From positions 10,008 to 74,007 of the forward strand of contig CBDBFU010000024.1 in assembly GCA_965205025.1 (NCBI GenBank): DNA of 64,000 nt. Reading direction: 5' to 3'. The notes beneath the pieces were generated by a model. That model did not search any database, was not told the DNA's origin, and saw only the letters and a program-made list of their open reading frames with translations. How positions within the stretch are numbered: the first letter of the stretch is position 1; every line of letters starts with the position of its first letter. Below are positions 42,885 to 53,445 of the stretch, piece by piece. The position numbers and the translations under genes were made by a program. The DNA comes from Candidatus Poribacteria bacterium. Its GTDB lineage: Bacteria; Poribacteria; WGA-4E; WGA-3G.

Positions 42885-45152
42885 ATGATAAAAATAGTAC
42901 TTGCAATAATTAGTTTGTTCCTTCTGATTCTTCAAATTGGTATGGTCAATATTTATGCTCAGGACTACACACAATGGGAGTTACCTGATGGTGCCATCGC
43001 GCGTCTTGGTAAGGGACGAATCAATGATATGGAATATTCCCCTGATGGAACAATACTGGCAGTTGCTACTACTATTGGTATTTGGATATATGACACTGAA
43101 ACATATCAGGAGCGGAAACTGTTTACTCGAAGTCATCAGGAAATGGAGAAAGTGAATTTTAACGCTGATGGGACAGTTCTTATAGGTATGGAAAGGTTCA
43201 ACAATAAAATCACGCGTTGGGATGTTACTTTACCGGAAATAGAAAAATCGTCAAAAAAGAAGCATGATTTTGCTCTCCAAGCAATATACAGCTCAGACGG
43301 AAATACTTTTGCAACTATAAGTTTCAAGGATATTGATATATGGGATTCAGAGACCAACACTTCCAAACATAAACTTAAAGGACATGAAGACTATATAGGT
43401 TGTTTGGCTTATAGTCCAGATAGCAAAATCATAGCAAGTGGGAGCAATGATCAGACTATCCGTTTGTGGGATGTTAAAACAGGAAAACCTATACGAACCC
43501 TAACAGGACATCAGAGTCATATCATCTTCTTATCATTCAGTCCGGATGGAAGCACACTAATTAGTGGAAGCGACGATATGACGATTAATTTTTGGGATAT
43601 TGACTCAAGGGAACTAAAACTGAAATTTGCAATTCAAGGTGTTTTATCCGATAAGAGTATTGAAAAAGAAAAGATAAAAAGGACGTTTTTCAGTTCCGAT
43701 AAAAGTATACTCGTTACGACTGGTGAATCCAGAACGATACACTTGTGGGACACAACGACTGGCAAACTTAAACATACTTTTTCCGATAAAAATGAAGACA
43801 ACAAGGAGACAAGTTATATATGGGGAGTAGAAAATATTCTGTTTAGTCCAGATGGAAAATCTATTCTTAGTTTGGTTAGAGATTACCAAATTCGAATGTG
43901 GGATATAGCAACAGGTAAACGTATACCTTTCACGGGAAATACCGGTTACCTTACGAATGCAACTTATAGTCCGGATGGAAAAACGCTGGCAACTGTAGAT
44001 TATCCAGGTGGAATTCGTATATGGGATATTATGACAGGGAAACTTAAGAGGACTATTTCAAATTTTAATCCAAGGGATACTTCTCATAATACAAAGTATG
44101 ATACCAATTATATTGCTTTCACTCCTAATGGAGAAAAAGCCATCATTTCAGAATCAAACGGAACTTTATCTCTGTGGGATATCGGTACGAAACGGTTGCA
44201 TACACTTATCAAAGTCAAATGGGGACAGGATGTTCTGCTTAGTCCAGATGGAGAAACAGTAGCGAGTTGGAATGCAAGTAAGGCTGGGTTAATTCGGTTT
44301 TGGAATGCCACCACAGGTGAACACAAGCGAACAATAAAAGACCATATAGGAACGATTAGAGGTGTAGATTTTAATAGGGATGGTAGTCTACTTGCAAGTT
44401 GGAGTTTTTCACTCGAAGAAAAGACGATTCGTTTGTGGAATGTTGCTACCGGTAGAAACACCCAGACGTTATCAGGGTATAAAAATCGAATAGGTAGTGT
44501 AATATTTAGTCCAAATGGAGAGACACTTATCAGTGGAGGACAAGATGGAACTATACTAATATGGGATGTAAGTACAGGAAAACATAAGACTCTCATGGAT
44601 CAAGGGGTAGATACCGAGCGTAATACACATTTTAATTCGAAAATGGTGTTAATGTTCAATTCAGATGGTAGTAAACTTGTTACCGGTGATCAGAAAGGAA
44701 ATATCTTTCTATGGGATGTTTCTACATGGAAAGAGGAGCAGACATTAGATGGTCATGCAGATGCTATTACCAGTATAGGTTTTAGTCCTGATAATCGTTC
44801 AATAGCAAGTACAGGTAAAGATGGAACAGTCCGTTTATGGGATATAGATACCGGACAACAAATACAATCAATTTCTGGCCATAGAAATGTGTTCTGGTAT
44901 GTTATGTTTTACTCTAACGGTTTAACATTGGCAACTGAAGTCGCTGGGATGAATTCAAGATACGATAGCGACATTATAAACCTATGGGATTTACGTACTG
45001 GAAAACGGATAAAAACACTTCCTGGACATTCAGGAAATATTACGGGTATATCTTTTAGTGATGATGGGAATACACTTGCCAGTACGAGTTTTGATGATAC
45101 AATGCTGCTGTGGGATTTTTCTTCTATTATTCAAGAGTTTGATGTAAAATAG
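42885..45152 (+). CDS. Secreted WD40-repeat protein, close paralog of 37555..39846
   Basis: Shared YAQDYTQWELPDGAIARLGKGRINDM and C-terminal SIIQEFDVK. Confidence 0.9.
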   Translation: MIKIVLAIISLFLLILQIGMVNIYAQDYTQWELPDGAIARLGKGRINDMEYSPDGTILAVATTIGIWIYDTETYQERKLFTRSHQEMEKVNFNADGTVLIGMERFNNKITRWDVTLPEIEKSSKKKHDFALQAIYSSDGNTFATISFKDIDIWDSETNTSKHKLKGHEDYIGCLAYSPDSKIIASGSNDQTIRLWDVKTGKPIRTLTGHQSHIIFLSFSPDGSTLISGSDDMTINFWDIDSRELKLKFAIQGVLSDKSIEKEKIKRTFFSSDKSILVTTGESRTIHLWDTTTGKLKHTFSDKNEDNKETSYIWGVENILFSPDGKSILSLVRDYQIRMWDIATGKRIPFTGNTGYLTNATYSPDGKTLATVDYPGGIRIWDIMTGKLKRTISNFNPRDTSHNTKYDTNYIAFTPNGEKAIISESNGTLSLWDIGTKRLHTLIKVKWGQDVLLSPDGETVASWNASKAGLIRFWNATTGEHKRTIKDHIGTIRGVDFNRDGSLLASWSFSLEEKTIRLWNVATGRNTQTLSGYKNRIGSVIFSPNGETLISGGQDGTILIWDVSTGKHKTLMDQGVDTERNTHFNSKMVLMFNSDGSKLVTGDQKGNIFLWDVSTWKEEQTLDGHADAITSIGFSPDNRSIASTGKDGTVRLWDIDTGQQIQSISGHRNVFWYVMFYSNGLTLATEVAGMNSRYDSDIINLWDLRTGKRIKTLPGHSGNITGISFSDDGNTLASTSFDDTMLLWDFSSIIQEFDVK

Positions 45153-45357
45153 GACTGAATTCTTGATATATTTACGTTTTGTGTCACCCCTGGAATAACA
45201 ATGGATTGATATCTGAATTATTTTGTAGAGATACTTGATTAAATCTCCTTACTCTAAACATTCATTTCGAAGTTTATCTTGTGAAGTAAGAAATCCCTCC
45301 TTTGATTACACATATTTTCAACATTAGAATGCCTAAATGTGTTGTGTTATCTAATTT

Positions 45358-45753
45358 ATACCATTTCTATAATTAAACTATTGTTTTGACAATTATCAGA
45401 TATTTTAGGTTGATCTGATACTAAAGCAGTCACTTGAATCAAAACTACATCATCACATATTTCGCCCCTCTGGGGCTTTGTTGGTGGTTTTCACCGTTTT
45501 CTACAAACATTTCGCCCCTCTGGGGCTCTAATATTTCACATTGAAATATTTTCTTTGTGTAAAATTAGTGTGTATTACAGACAGAAATACAACTATCCTT
45601 GATAATATAACATGACTACGTGTTAAACTGTCCAAACTATAGTAATTAAAATCTCTTTCAATGTAGCATAAACTTCCAGTTTGTGCGATATTTCAAAACA
45701 TGCATAACAACTGTTCATGGGATAAACATAAATATAAATATAAATGGTATTAG
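45358..45753 (-). mobile_element. MITE type A interrupted by a nested MITE
   Basis: TATACCATTTCTATAATTAAA at 45358; the rest of the element resumes at 45643 and ends in AAATGGTATTAG. Confidence 0.75.
45378..45642. mobile_element. MITE type D with 8-bp target duplication, carrying a REP doublet
   Basis: Ends CTATTGTTTTGACAATT / AACTGTCCAAACTATAG; TAATTAAA on both flanks; two internal TTTCGCCCCTCTGGGGCT. Confidence 0.8.
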
Positions 45754-45756
45754 TTC

Positions 45757-46846
45757 CAGGACTTACGCAGTATTAAATTTTATTGAAGGATTTGAGAGTT
45801 GATGTTTTAAGTAATCACTCAATAAACCATCTTTAAACTTGTAAATCTTTTGTCCAACAGCACGTACAACACGCGTCATAAAGACCCATACTTGGAAACT
45901 ACACGCAATATGATTTCTCTGGGCACGCATCTTACGACATTGGCATTTACCAATACCGGTTACTTGTTTCATCTCACGATGAAGGAGTTCAATCTTCCAA
46001 CGGAGACGACACTTTTGGTGAGTCATATCCACATTTGATTGTGTCAAATCGTTTGTCACTATATATTCCGTGCGTCCGGTATCAGACACAAACCGGAATA
46101 ACTTTACGACAGAACCTTTCGGAAAGTTTTTGAGATGTACGCGTTTACCGCTTTTCTTTTCTGCTTGAGACCAAGATAGATCTTTGACTGCCTTGTGAGG
46201 TTCTACACCTTTGGTATCATTCACAAGACGGTTTCGTTTCAACGGAACATAATAGATCTTAGAAAGTCTATCAATCGCTTTCATCACTTTCATGGACGCA
46301 TACCAAGAGTCCATCAAGACTGTCCGGAATGGGAGTTGTTTCTTAGAATAAGCATCGTGCAACATATCCAATAAATGATCGATTTTGGTTTTACCGTCAT
46401 GATCTCTGTCAAAAATACGGTAATCAATGACCCAATATTCCTGTGTCTTAGGGTTGACATAGAGACAGGTGACAATACCGATACCTTGAATCACCTTTCT
46501 GTCACTACCACTCCATTGAGAGCGTACTATTTCAATCCGTTTAGAATGTATTTTTGACAGCACAACATCATCAAAAATCAGGTATCCTTCTTCATCAAAG
46601 TCGATGTCGTCTTTGACGGATGCCCAGAGTTCACTTGTAGGAATGTTTTCGTCTCTCAGAAAGCGATTGAGTTGATCGTGGCTCCAACGGTCTGTATGTT
46701 TAGCAAAATAAGTTTGTGTAAAATTAGTGAAACTTGAAAACAAATATTGACAATAATCGGAAAATAAGTCTTGCTTCTTTTTAGAATGTGTAAATGTGTT
46801 CATAATCAATAAGAATAACACATTTTGTAATTTTGCGTAAGTCCTG
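45757..46846 (-). mobile_element. IS701-family insertion sequence
   Basis: Inverted repeats CAGGACTTACGCA / TGCGTAAGTCCTG; 5-bp duplication AGTTC. Confidence 0.9.
45763..46803 (-). CDS. IS701-family DDE transposase
   Basis: SHD.LNRFL, LIFDDVVL, VLMDSWY, RWKIE.LHRE.KQ..G...CQCR. Confidence 0.9.
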   Translation of the reverse strand: MNTFTHSKKKQDLFSDYCQYLFSSFTNFTQTYFAKHTDRWSHDQLNRFLRDENIPTSELWASVKDDIDFDEEGYLIFDDVVLSKIHSKRIEIVRSQWSGSDRKVIQGIGIVTCLYVNPKTQEYWVIDYRIFDRDHDGKTKIDHLLDMLHDAYSKKQLPFRTVLMDSWYASMKVMKAIDRLSKIYYVPLKRNRLVNDTKGVEPHKAVKDLSWSQAEKKSGKRVHLKNFPKGSVVKLFRFVSDTGRTEYIVTNDLTQSNVDMTHQKCRLRWKIELLHREMKQVTGIGKCQCRKMRAQRNHIACSFQVWVFMTRVVRAVGQKIYKFKDGLLSDYLKHQLSNPSIKFNTA

Positions 46847-46923
46847 AGTTCCAACAAAATAGATTATTTATCCAAATTTATTTCTAATTTTGCACCCTTT
46901 TTCAAAGAATTTGTGTCTTATAT

Positions 46924-48382
46924 CAATACCTTCGCCAAAAACACTTGAATAAAAAGGGTGTTTGTCCTAAAGTTTTAAAATATCATTTTAACTTAGAAAG
47001 GACACACACCCATGCCAGAAATTATAGCATTATTTACTGTATTTAATCTATGTTTATCCACTACTATGATCCGCCAGTTATGTCAAGTTGTATTTGCCCT
47101 GCTTGCGATGACAGGTCAGGTCACAATGTTAAATATCTCCCGTTGGACATCAAAAGGAGGGAGTTATCGTACGATACAACGCTTCTTTAGCACAGATCTC
47201 CCTTGGCCAAAGATGTGTTGGCTCTTTTTCAAAAAATATCTGTTTGATCCTAAAAGTTTGTATATCCTTGTAGCAGATGAAGTCACGGTGTCAAAAACTG
47301 GGAAAAAAACTTATGGTATAGATCGCTTCTTCTCCTCATTACATGGAAAACCGATTTCCGGTTTGTCATTTTTAGCGGTGTCCTTAGTAAGCGTCAAAGA
47401 CAGGTGTTCTTACCCAATGATGATGGAACAAATCGTGCGTAGCAACGCATCAGCCAATATGGATGTGTCTGCAATCGAAGATCAGGAGAATACACAGAAA
47501 GCCATAACAAAACGAGGGCGTGGTCGCCCCAAAGGGAGCCTGAATCGAAACAAAAAGGATGTTGTGTTCAGCAATACTTTGAAACAACTTCAAACTATGG
47601 TGAAATCATTTCTCAAACAGATGGGAGATTGTATCAAACTCCGTTATTTTGTGCTTGATGGATATTTCGGACACAATAATGCGCTACAAATGGTATCACA
47701 ATGTGGTCTCCATCTCATTTCAAAACTTCGCACAGATGCTGCGCTCTATTATCCACCAACGACACCGTATAAAGGTCGTGGACGCCGCGCCCTCTATGGG
47801 GATCGTTTCAATCCACAACAAATGGATAACAAATGGCGTGTCTCTGTTGAAACAACCGATAACATCAGAACCGAAGTGTATCAAGTACACTTGCGTCATA
47901 AGCAGTTTGCGGATCCTCTCAATATTGTTTGTCTTCTCAAGACGCATCTGCTGACAGGACAAAAATCACACGTGTTATTGTTTAGTTCTGACCTAAAACT
48001 GAGTGCTCTAAAGATGATTGATTATTACTCCCTTCGTTTTCAAATAGAGTTTAACTTCAGAGACGCAAAACAGTATTGGGGGTTGGAAGATTTTATGAAT
48101 GTCAAAAAAACACCTGTGAACAATGCAGCAAACTTATCCTTGTTTATGGTAAATGTGAGTGCGAAAATGGCAAACACATTTCGGTCTAATAACACGGCGT
48201 GTAGCGTATTAGATTTGAAAGCAAAATACCGAGCTATGAAGTATTTAGAGGAAACATTAAAAATACTTCCGCAAAAACCTGAACCTATTGTTATTGAGCA
48301 AATCACACAGCACCTTAGTTCTATCGGTGCTATTCATCACACACAGTTAGAACTAAGCACAGGATAATTGGCGAAGGTATTG
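46924..48382 (+). mobile_element. IS4/IS701-superfamily insertion sequence
   Basis: Perfect 15-bp inverted repeats CAATACCTTCGCCAA / TTGGCGAAGGTATTG around the transposase; no clear target duplication. Confidence 0.85.
47012..48367 (+). CDS. DDE transposase (IS4-like)
   Basis: SYRTIQRFF, VADEVTV, VLDGYFG, YSLRFQIEFNFRDAKQ (YREK motif). Confidence 0.9.
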   Translation: MPEIIALFTVFNLCLSTTMIRQLCQVVFALLAMTGQVTMLNISRWTSKGGSYRTIQRFFSTDLPWPKMCWLFFKKYLFDPKSLYILVADEVTVSKTGKKTYGIDRFFSSLHGKPISGLSFLAVSLVSVKDRCSYPMMMEQIVRSNASANMDVSAIEDQENTQKAITKRGRGRPKGSLNRNKKDVVFSNTLKQLQTMVKSFLKQMGDCIKLRYFVLDGYFGHNNALQMVSQCGLHLISKLRTDAALYYPPTTPYKGRGRRALYGDRFNPQQMDNKWRVSVETTDNIRTEVYQVHLRHKQFADPLNIVCLLKTHLLTGQKSHVLLFSSDLKLSALKMIDYYSLRFQIEFNFRDAKQYWGLEDFMNVKKTPVNNAANLSLFMVNVSAKMANTFRSNNTACSVLDLKAKYRAMKYLEETLKILPQKPEPIVIEQITQHLSSIGAIHHTQLELSTG

Positions 48383-48431
48383 TTACTATAAACCCCTAAT
48401 TATATTAGATGTATGGATAATTTGAAGGAAG

Positions 48432-48564
48432 AAAGTGTTAATATTTATTGTTCTGAAATGACTTCACTTTCACGGAAACCTTCACGGAGCAATTCTACGA
48501 ACCCTTATTCTATAAGGTTTTATAATTTTAATTATACCAATTCTCCGTGAATCACATACGTTAA
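48432..48564. repeat. Repeat type C copy 3
   Basis: Matches the 12303 and 39999 copies; no REP doublet follows. Confidence 0.85.
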
Positions 48565-48611
48565 AATATATTTAACTAAAGCATGGACGGAATGCATCTT
48601 TGGTTTTCATC

Positions 48612-48879
48612 TGATACTATTCCTATAAATGTTTATCCCATGAACAGTTGTTATACGTAACGTGAGTTTGATAAGACACATTGTAATCTGAACTTTTAGT
48701 TAACACCAGAGTGCACAAACTGGAAAGTTTGTGCTACAAAGACTATCTTCAGGACAAAATTCTGTTTATCGAACTGACATTTTTTATTATCAAACTGACG
48801 TTATACGGGGCTTAAAATACTGCACAAACTGAAAGTTTATGCTACATTTAAGAGACCTTAATTATAGAAATTGTATTAG
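48612..48879 (+). mobile_element. MITE type A with nested type B MITE (48658..48803)
   Basis: The type B element is flanked by TACG/TACG. Removing it and one TACG restores the type A spacing seen in the 45643-45753 copy. Confidence 0.85.
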
Positions 48880-48903
48880 TTCTTACTCTCTATGAATTCT
48901 ATA

Positions 48904-50064
48904 TAATACCATTTTCAGTTAATATTTTCGCTTTTAATATTTTTTGTTTTCTGTTATATTTTATTACAAATTTATAGTTGATAGGATGAATATTAATTAT
49001 GTTAAAACCCTCACAGATTACAGAAAGTGTTTCTGACTTGAAAAAAATGATGAAAAAAACATCAATCAGTTACCAAAAGAAAAGACTGAAAGCCCTATAC
49101 CTATTTTGTAGTGAGAAAAGGCTAAATCGTAAGGAAATCGCTGCGAAAATAGGGGTTGATAGGAAAACCGTTGGGCATTGGTTCCAAACATACGCATCGG
49201 GTGGACTTGAAGCACTTTTAGCACGGGATTATTCCCCCGGGCGTCCAGCTCAACTTACCGAAGAACAACAAGAAATCTTGCTTGCTGAACTCAAAAAACC
49301 TGATGCTTTTTCCAGTTATCAGCAGATAGTAGACTATATTGAAAAAACATTTGATGTCAAAATGAAATATACTGCTGTTCATTCGATGGTTCGGTATAAG
49401 TGGAAAGCAAAACCCAAAGTGCCCCGCAAGAGTCATATAAAAAAAACGAAACAGCCGGTGAAACCTTCAAGTTAGACTTACCAAAAAAGTCAAGGAAACG
49501 ATTTCGGAGAACGATCCTGAGTCTGAAAAAGTTCGTCTGTTTTTTCAAGATGAGTCAAGATTTGGTCTTCATCCTGTTTCATACCGTCGTATTACAGTCC
49601 CCGGTGTCAAACCGATTGCTAATATCAGGTATACCTATGAAAACCTTTATCTATATGGTGCTGTGGAACCGATAACAGGAGAAAGTTTTTTCCTTGAAAT
49701 GCCTTATCTGAATAGTACCTGTTTCCAAATATTTCTTGATGAGTTTGCTAAGGTTTATCCGGGGACTCTGAATATCCTTGTCCTTGATAATGGGCGTTTT
49801 CATCAAGCGAAATCACTACAAGTTCCTGAGAATATAGTATTCCTCTTTCTACCGCCTTATAGTCCAGAGTTGAACCCTATTGAAAGATTATGGCAAGACA
49901 TCAAAGCAAAGTTATTTCAAAATGTGCTGACTTCATTACAAGAGATGCAGGATAAACTTACTGAGATCATACGAAGTTACACTAAAATCGCTATTGAGAG
50001 CATAACAAAGTATGATTATATAAATAAGATCGAAAATGTGATATAATTTATTAGAAATGGTATA
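48904..50064 (+). mobile_element. IS630-family IS with split transposase (48999..50046; probable programmed -1 frameshift at A8, 49439-49446)
   Basis: HTH ORF ending KVPRKSHIKK; next frame FQDESRFG...VLDNGRFH...LPPYSPELNPIERLW; ends ATACCATTT/AAATGGTAT. Confidence 0.9.
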
Positions 50065-50117
50065 AGATCGAAATGCGACCATCACTAAGTGGCATCCCGT
50101 TTTACAAAGGTTTATAT

Positions 50118-52199
50118 ATGGCAAATGAAAATATAAAGATTCCAACACAGGGAGTAGACATAAAAGCCAACGTCAATACATGGGCTCTTCCAGAGGGAGC
50201 AATTGCCCGTTTCGGAGAGGGGACAGTATCCGAAATGGCGTTTTCTCCGGATAGAAAGTACCTCGTTGTTGGCACCTACATCGGTTTGTGGTGGTATGAA
50301 GTTGCATCAATGACACCTATTGCCTTGTGGGAGACAGAACGGGGGATGATTTCTGCTCTTGATTTCTCTTCGAACGGCAAGTGGCTTGCTACTGGTAACA
50401 TGGATGGTACCATCAAGATATTGGACATTCAGTGTGGAACATGTGTTGCAAGAATCCAACGTCCTATACAGCGATATGAGAGCGGTTGGATTGAAATCGG
50501 CATTAGCAAGATCATGTTTTCCGCAGACAATCAACACATAGCTGCGTCTTGTCAAGGAAATGGTGACATTTATCTTTGGGATGTTGAAACCGGGGAACTG
50601 AGTGATAAGTTAACTCCTGATCCTGAAATAATTGAAGGACGTGGTAGGACGCATCTTCCACGTCCACTCTGTTTTTCGCTTGATGGACATCTGCTCGCAA
50701 GTGCAAGTCCGGCTGACCCAGAGGGTACCACCGATTTTATCTCAGTGTGGAACCTGAAAAATGGCAAACAGATTGCCGCCCTCAAAGGACATACAGCGTT
50801 AGTACGTGCCCTTGACTTTTCGCCTTGTGGAAGGTTCCTTGCTTCCGGCGATGTGTACGGTATTTTAAAAGAGTGGGATATCACAACCGGAAATCAGGTA
50901 CAGGTATCATCAGCATATTCTGAAGCATCTCAAGTAACACTGGCATCCTCACCACCAGTAATTCCTATCTATTCACCGTCAGGTGTGCTGCATGCTATTG
51001 AAGTAAGTTACACTTCAATTACTGTGTGGAATGTGGAATGTAAAGAAAAGTTAAACACATTTGAACATCAAGAGAACATCTCACGCATCCACTTTTCAAA
51101 GAGTGTCCAGCGTGATAATAAGGATTTTAATTTGGTTCTTGCTTCTAAAGGTATATCAAAGATCAATCTGTGGACGTTGGGTAATCCAGAGGCCGTAAAT
51201 ACTATTCCTTTAGATTATGATGTGTCAGAAACTGTGAAATTTTCTCTTGATGGACAAACACTTATTTCTGGTGGGGGCAGTTTTACTACGTTTTGGGATG
51301 TTGCCAAAAAACGACCCCAGCGACAGATGCGCCGCAGAGGCACGATGATCCATTCCATTAATATCTCTCCTACTGGAAATATCCGCGCGTTAGGGAACAA
51401 CAGAAACGTTCTTAATGTATGGGATGTTGAAACTAACGAAACAATTACTACCGTCACTAAACATCAAGATATTGTGACTGCTGCTACTTTTTCACCTACT
51501 GGTGAACATTGGGCGAGTGGAGACGCAGAAGGAACATTATATGTATGGGATGGTAACAGAGAACCGATCCCATTGTGTACACATACGGATTCAATTAAAT
51601 CTCTTTCTTTCTCTCCCGATGGTAACCAATTGGTGAGTGCCTCAAGAGACAAAACGGCATGGGTATGGGACGTTGCGTCTGGTCAAAAAATTGCCTCTCT
51701 ACCCTTAACACAATTAGATGCGGAACTTTACCTTGGCGATTTGTCTCAGAAAAAACGTCTAATGAAAATACAGCGTATTCGGAATGAGAGGGGGGTCGCT
51801 ACACGGACTCCCTTTAATATTACAAGCATTGCCATCACTTTTTCACCTTGTGGTAACATAATCGCCGGTGGTTTGCCTTGGGAGATTCGGTTATGGGACG
51901 CCAGAACGTATGACATTTGCTTCGCGAGACTGTTGCCGAGGGAATGTGAGCGTCAATCTACCTTGGCATTTACACCTTGTGGTCAGTATTTTGCCTCAGG
52001 TTCCTGGTGGGCAGGAACGGACAAAGTCTCTATACGTTTATGGGACGTTGCAAATGGTGAAAATATAGCCACTTTTCTGGGACATCCAACAGATGTTGAA
52101 TGTCTTGCGTTTTCACCAGATGGCACAATCTTAGCAAGCGGCAGTTTTGATGGCACTATTCTGCTTTGGGATATGAAACCTTATTTGCGAAATACATAA
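50118..52199 (+). CDS. Cytoplasmic WD40-repeat protein
   Basis: WALPEGAIARFGEG, FSPCG repeats, ends LLWDMKPYL; no signal peptide. Confidence 0.9.
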   Translation: MANENIKIPTQGVDIKANVNTWALPEGAIARFGEGTVSEMAFSPDRKYLVVGTYIGLWWYEVASMTPIALWETERGMISALDFSSNGKWLATGNMDGTIKILDIQCGTCVARIQRPIQRYESGWIEIGISKIMFSADNQHIAASCQGNGDIYLWDVETGELSDKLTPDPEIIEGRGRTHLPRPLCFSLDGHLLASASPADPEGTTDFISVWNLKNGKQIAALKGHTALVRALDFSPCGRFLASGDVYGILKEWDITTGNQVQVSSAYSEASQVTLASSPPVIPIYSPSGVLHAIEVSYTSITVWNVECKEKLNTFEHQENISRIHFSKSVQRDNKDFNLVLASKGISKINLWTLGNPEAVNTIPLDYDVSETVKFSLDGQTLISGGGSFTTFWDVAKKRPQRQMRRRGTMIHSINISPTGNIRALGNNRNVLNVWDVETNETITTVTKHQDIVTAATFSPTGEHWASGDAEGTLYVWDGNREPIPLCTHTDSIKSLSFSPDGNQLVSASRDKTAWVWDVASGQKIASLPLTQLDAELYLGDLSQKKRLMKIQRIRNERGVATRTPFNITSIAITFSPCGNIIAGGLPWEIRLWDARTYDICFARLLPRECERQSTLAFTPCGQYFASGSWWAGTDKVSIRLWDVANGENIATFLGHPTDVECLAFSPDGTILASGSFDGTILLWDMKPYLRNT

Positions 52200-52506
52200 G
52201 GAGTATATTTTGAAACGTAGCACGTATTACATTCTCATTATTATGTTTCTTATACTATTTCTGATAATTAAAGTTTCTTTAATGACGTTCATATACCTAT
52301 TATCAAACTCACGTTAAAGTACAATGTCAATTTATCGCGATGCGGAGGTCTCGGACAGAACAGTCTTTAGAATTGTAATTCCGTTTTTTAGTAGAACTAA
52401 TGATCCTGTACATTGTCAGGTAAGTCTTGACAAGAGATGTCAGAGTAGTTTGCTTGTAGGAGTGACATCCCAGAACGTTGATTTTCTAAACCGGAGGAAT
52501 AAATAT

Positions 52507-52920
52507 ATGAGTGACAGAATTGAAGCCACTAATATTGAGGAAGTTGAGGAAGTCCTAAAGCTTTTTAATAATTTTCATGATGATTACCTTGCTGGGATTG
52601 AGATTAAATTTGAAAATTACAAAGGCTTAGATGCCGATGGAATGTCCACAGGGATCAGAAGTGCTGATAAGACAATTATTCTCACTGTCAACACCTCCCC
52701 TTATGGAAAAGAACATGAACAGTTTGTTAGAGTCGAATTAAAAGATGTCAAATCATTTGAAATCTTATCATCGGCAGAAGATGGTCCAAACTGGGGAATT
52801 CTTGACACACTGATTTTACCTGATAGAATTGGTATCAATTTGGAATTTTATTTCGTATATGGCAGTTCGAAGTTTTTAGTCATTTGCTCCAAAATTATCT
52901 TTCACAAACAAGTTTCTTGA
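52507..52920 (+). CDS. Hypothetical protein, immunity-protein-like (FHD motif, Imm50-like)
   Basis: GGAGG RBS; FNNFHDDYL..IEI N-terminal motif; beta-rich ~137 aa ending LVICSKI. Confidence 0.45.
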   Translation: MSDRIEATNIEEVEEVLKLFNNFHDDYLAGIEIKFENYKGLDADGMSTGIRSADKTIILTVNTSPYGKEHEQFVRVELKDVKSFEILSSAEDGPNWGILDTLILPDRIGINLEFYFVYGSSKFLVICSKIIFHKQVS

Positions 52921-53059
52921 AAGATGCTTTGCAATGTGGGCTGTCTGCAGTGTAGTTGATATAGAATCAAGAGGAGTGACTTTGTCATAAAGTGTATTGC
53001 CTCATTTCTCGTCTGATGGTACGCTTCGGGCATCAAGTATCTCATGATTAATGCACAAT

Positions 53060-53350
53060 CACTGTATTGGATATTGTACAGCAAAAGGTGTTATATTCTT
53101 TTCAGAAAAAGTTATCTTCATGCAGAAATTTCTCCTATTCACTTTTACTAATGGCATGCATCTTACTTTAAAAAATGATTTTGAAGTCCAAGTCAAGTCG
53201 GTAGGAGATGTAGAGCTGCTTACTATACTACCATGGGAACTTGGCGATTTACATTCACTAACATTCTCATCTGACGGTAAAACACTCTGTACGGGATAAC
53301 GACAATTTGGTGGAGTCATCCTATGAGATGTTACAACCCATCGTCCACCA
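53060..53350 (+). pseudogene. WD40 gene remnant
   Basis: Aligns with ~54320-54610 of the next gene (GCAGAAATTTCTCCTATTCACTTTT...GATGTTACAACCCATCGTCC), with a frameshift and stops. Confidence 0.8.
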
Positions 53351-53445
53351 CATGTTATTATTGAACACACGTTATATCTACTCCTATGCTGAGTAATCAC
53401 TCAGCATGTTGCAGATAAATTTGATCAAAAGGACAAATTACTTGT

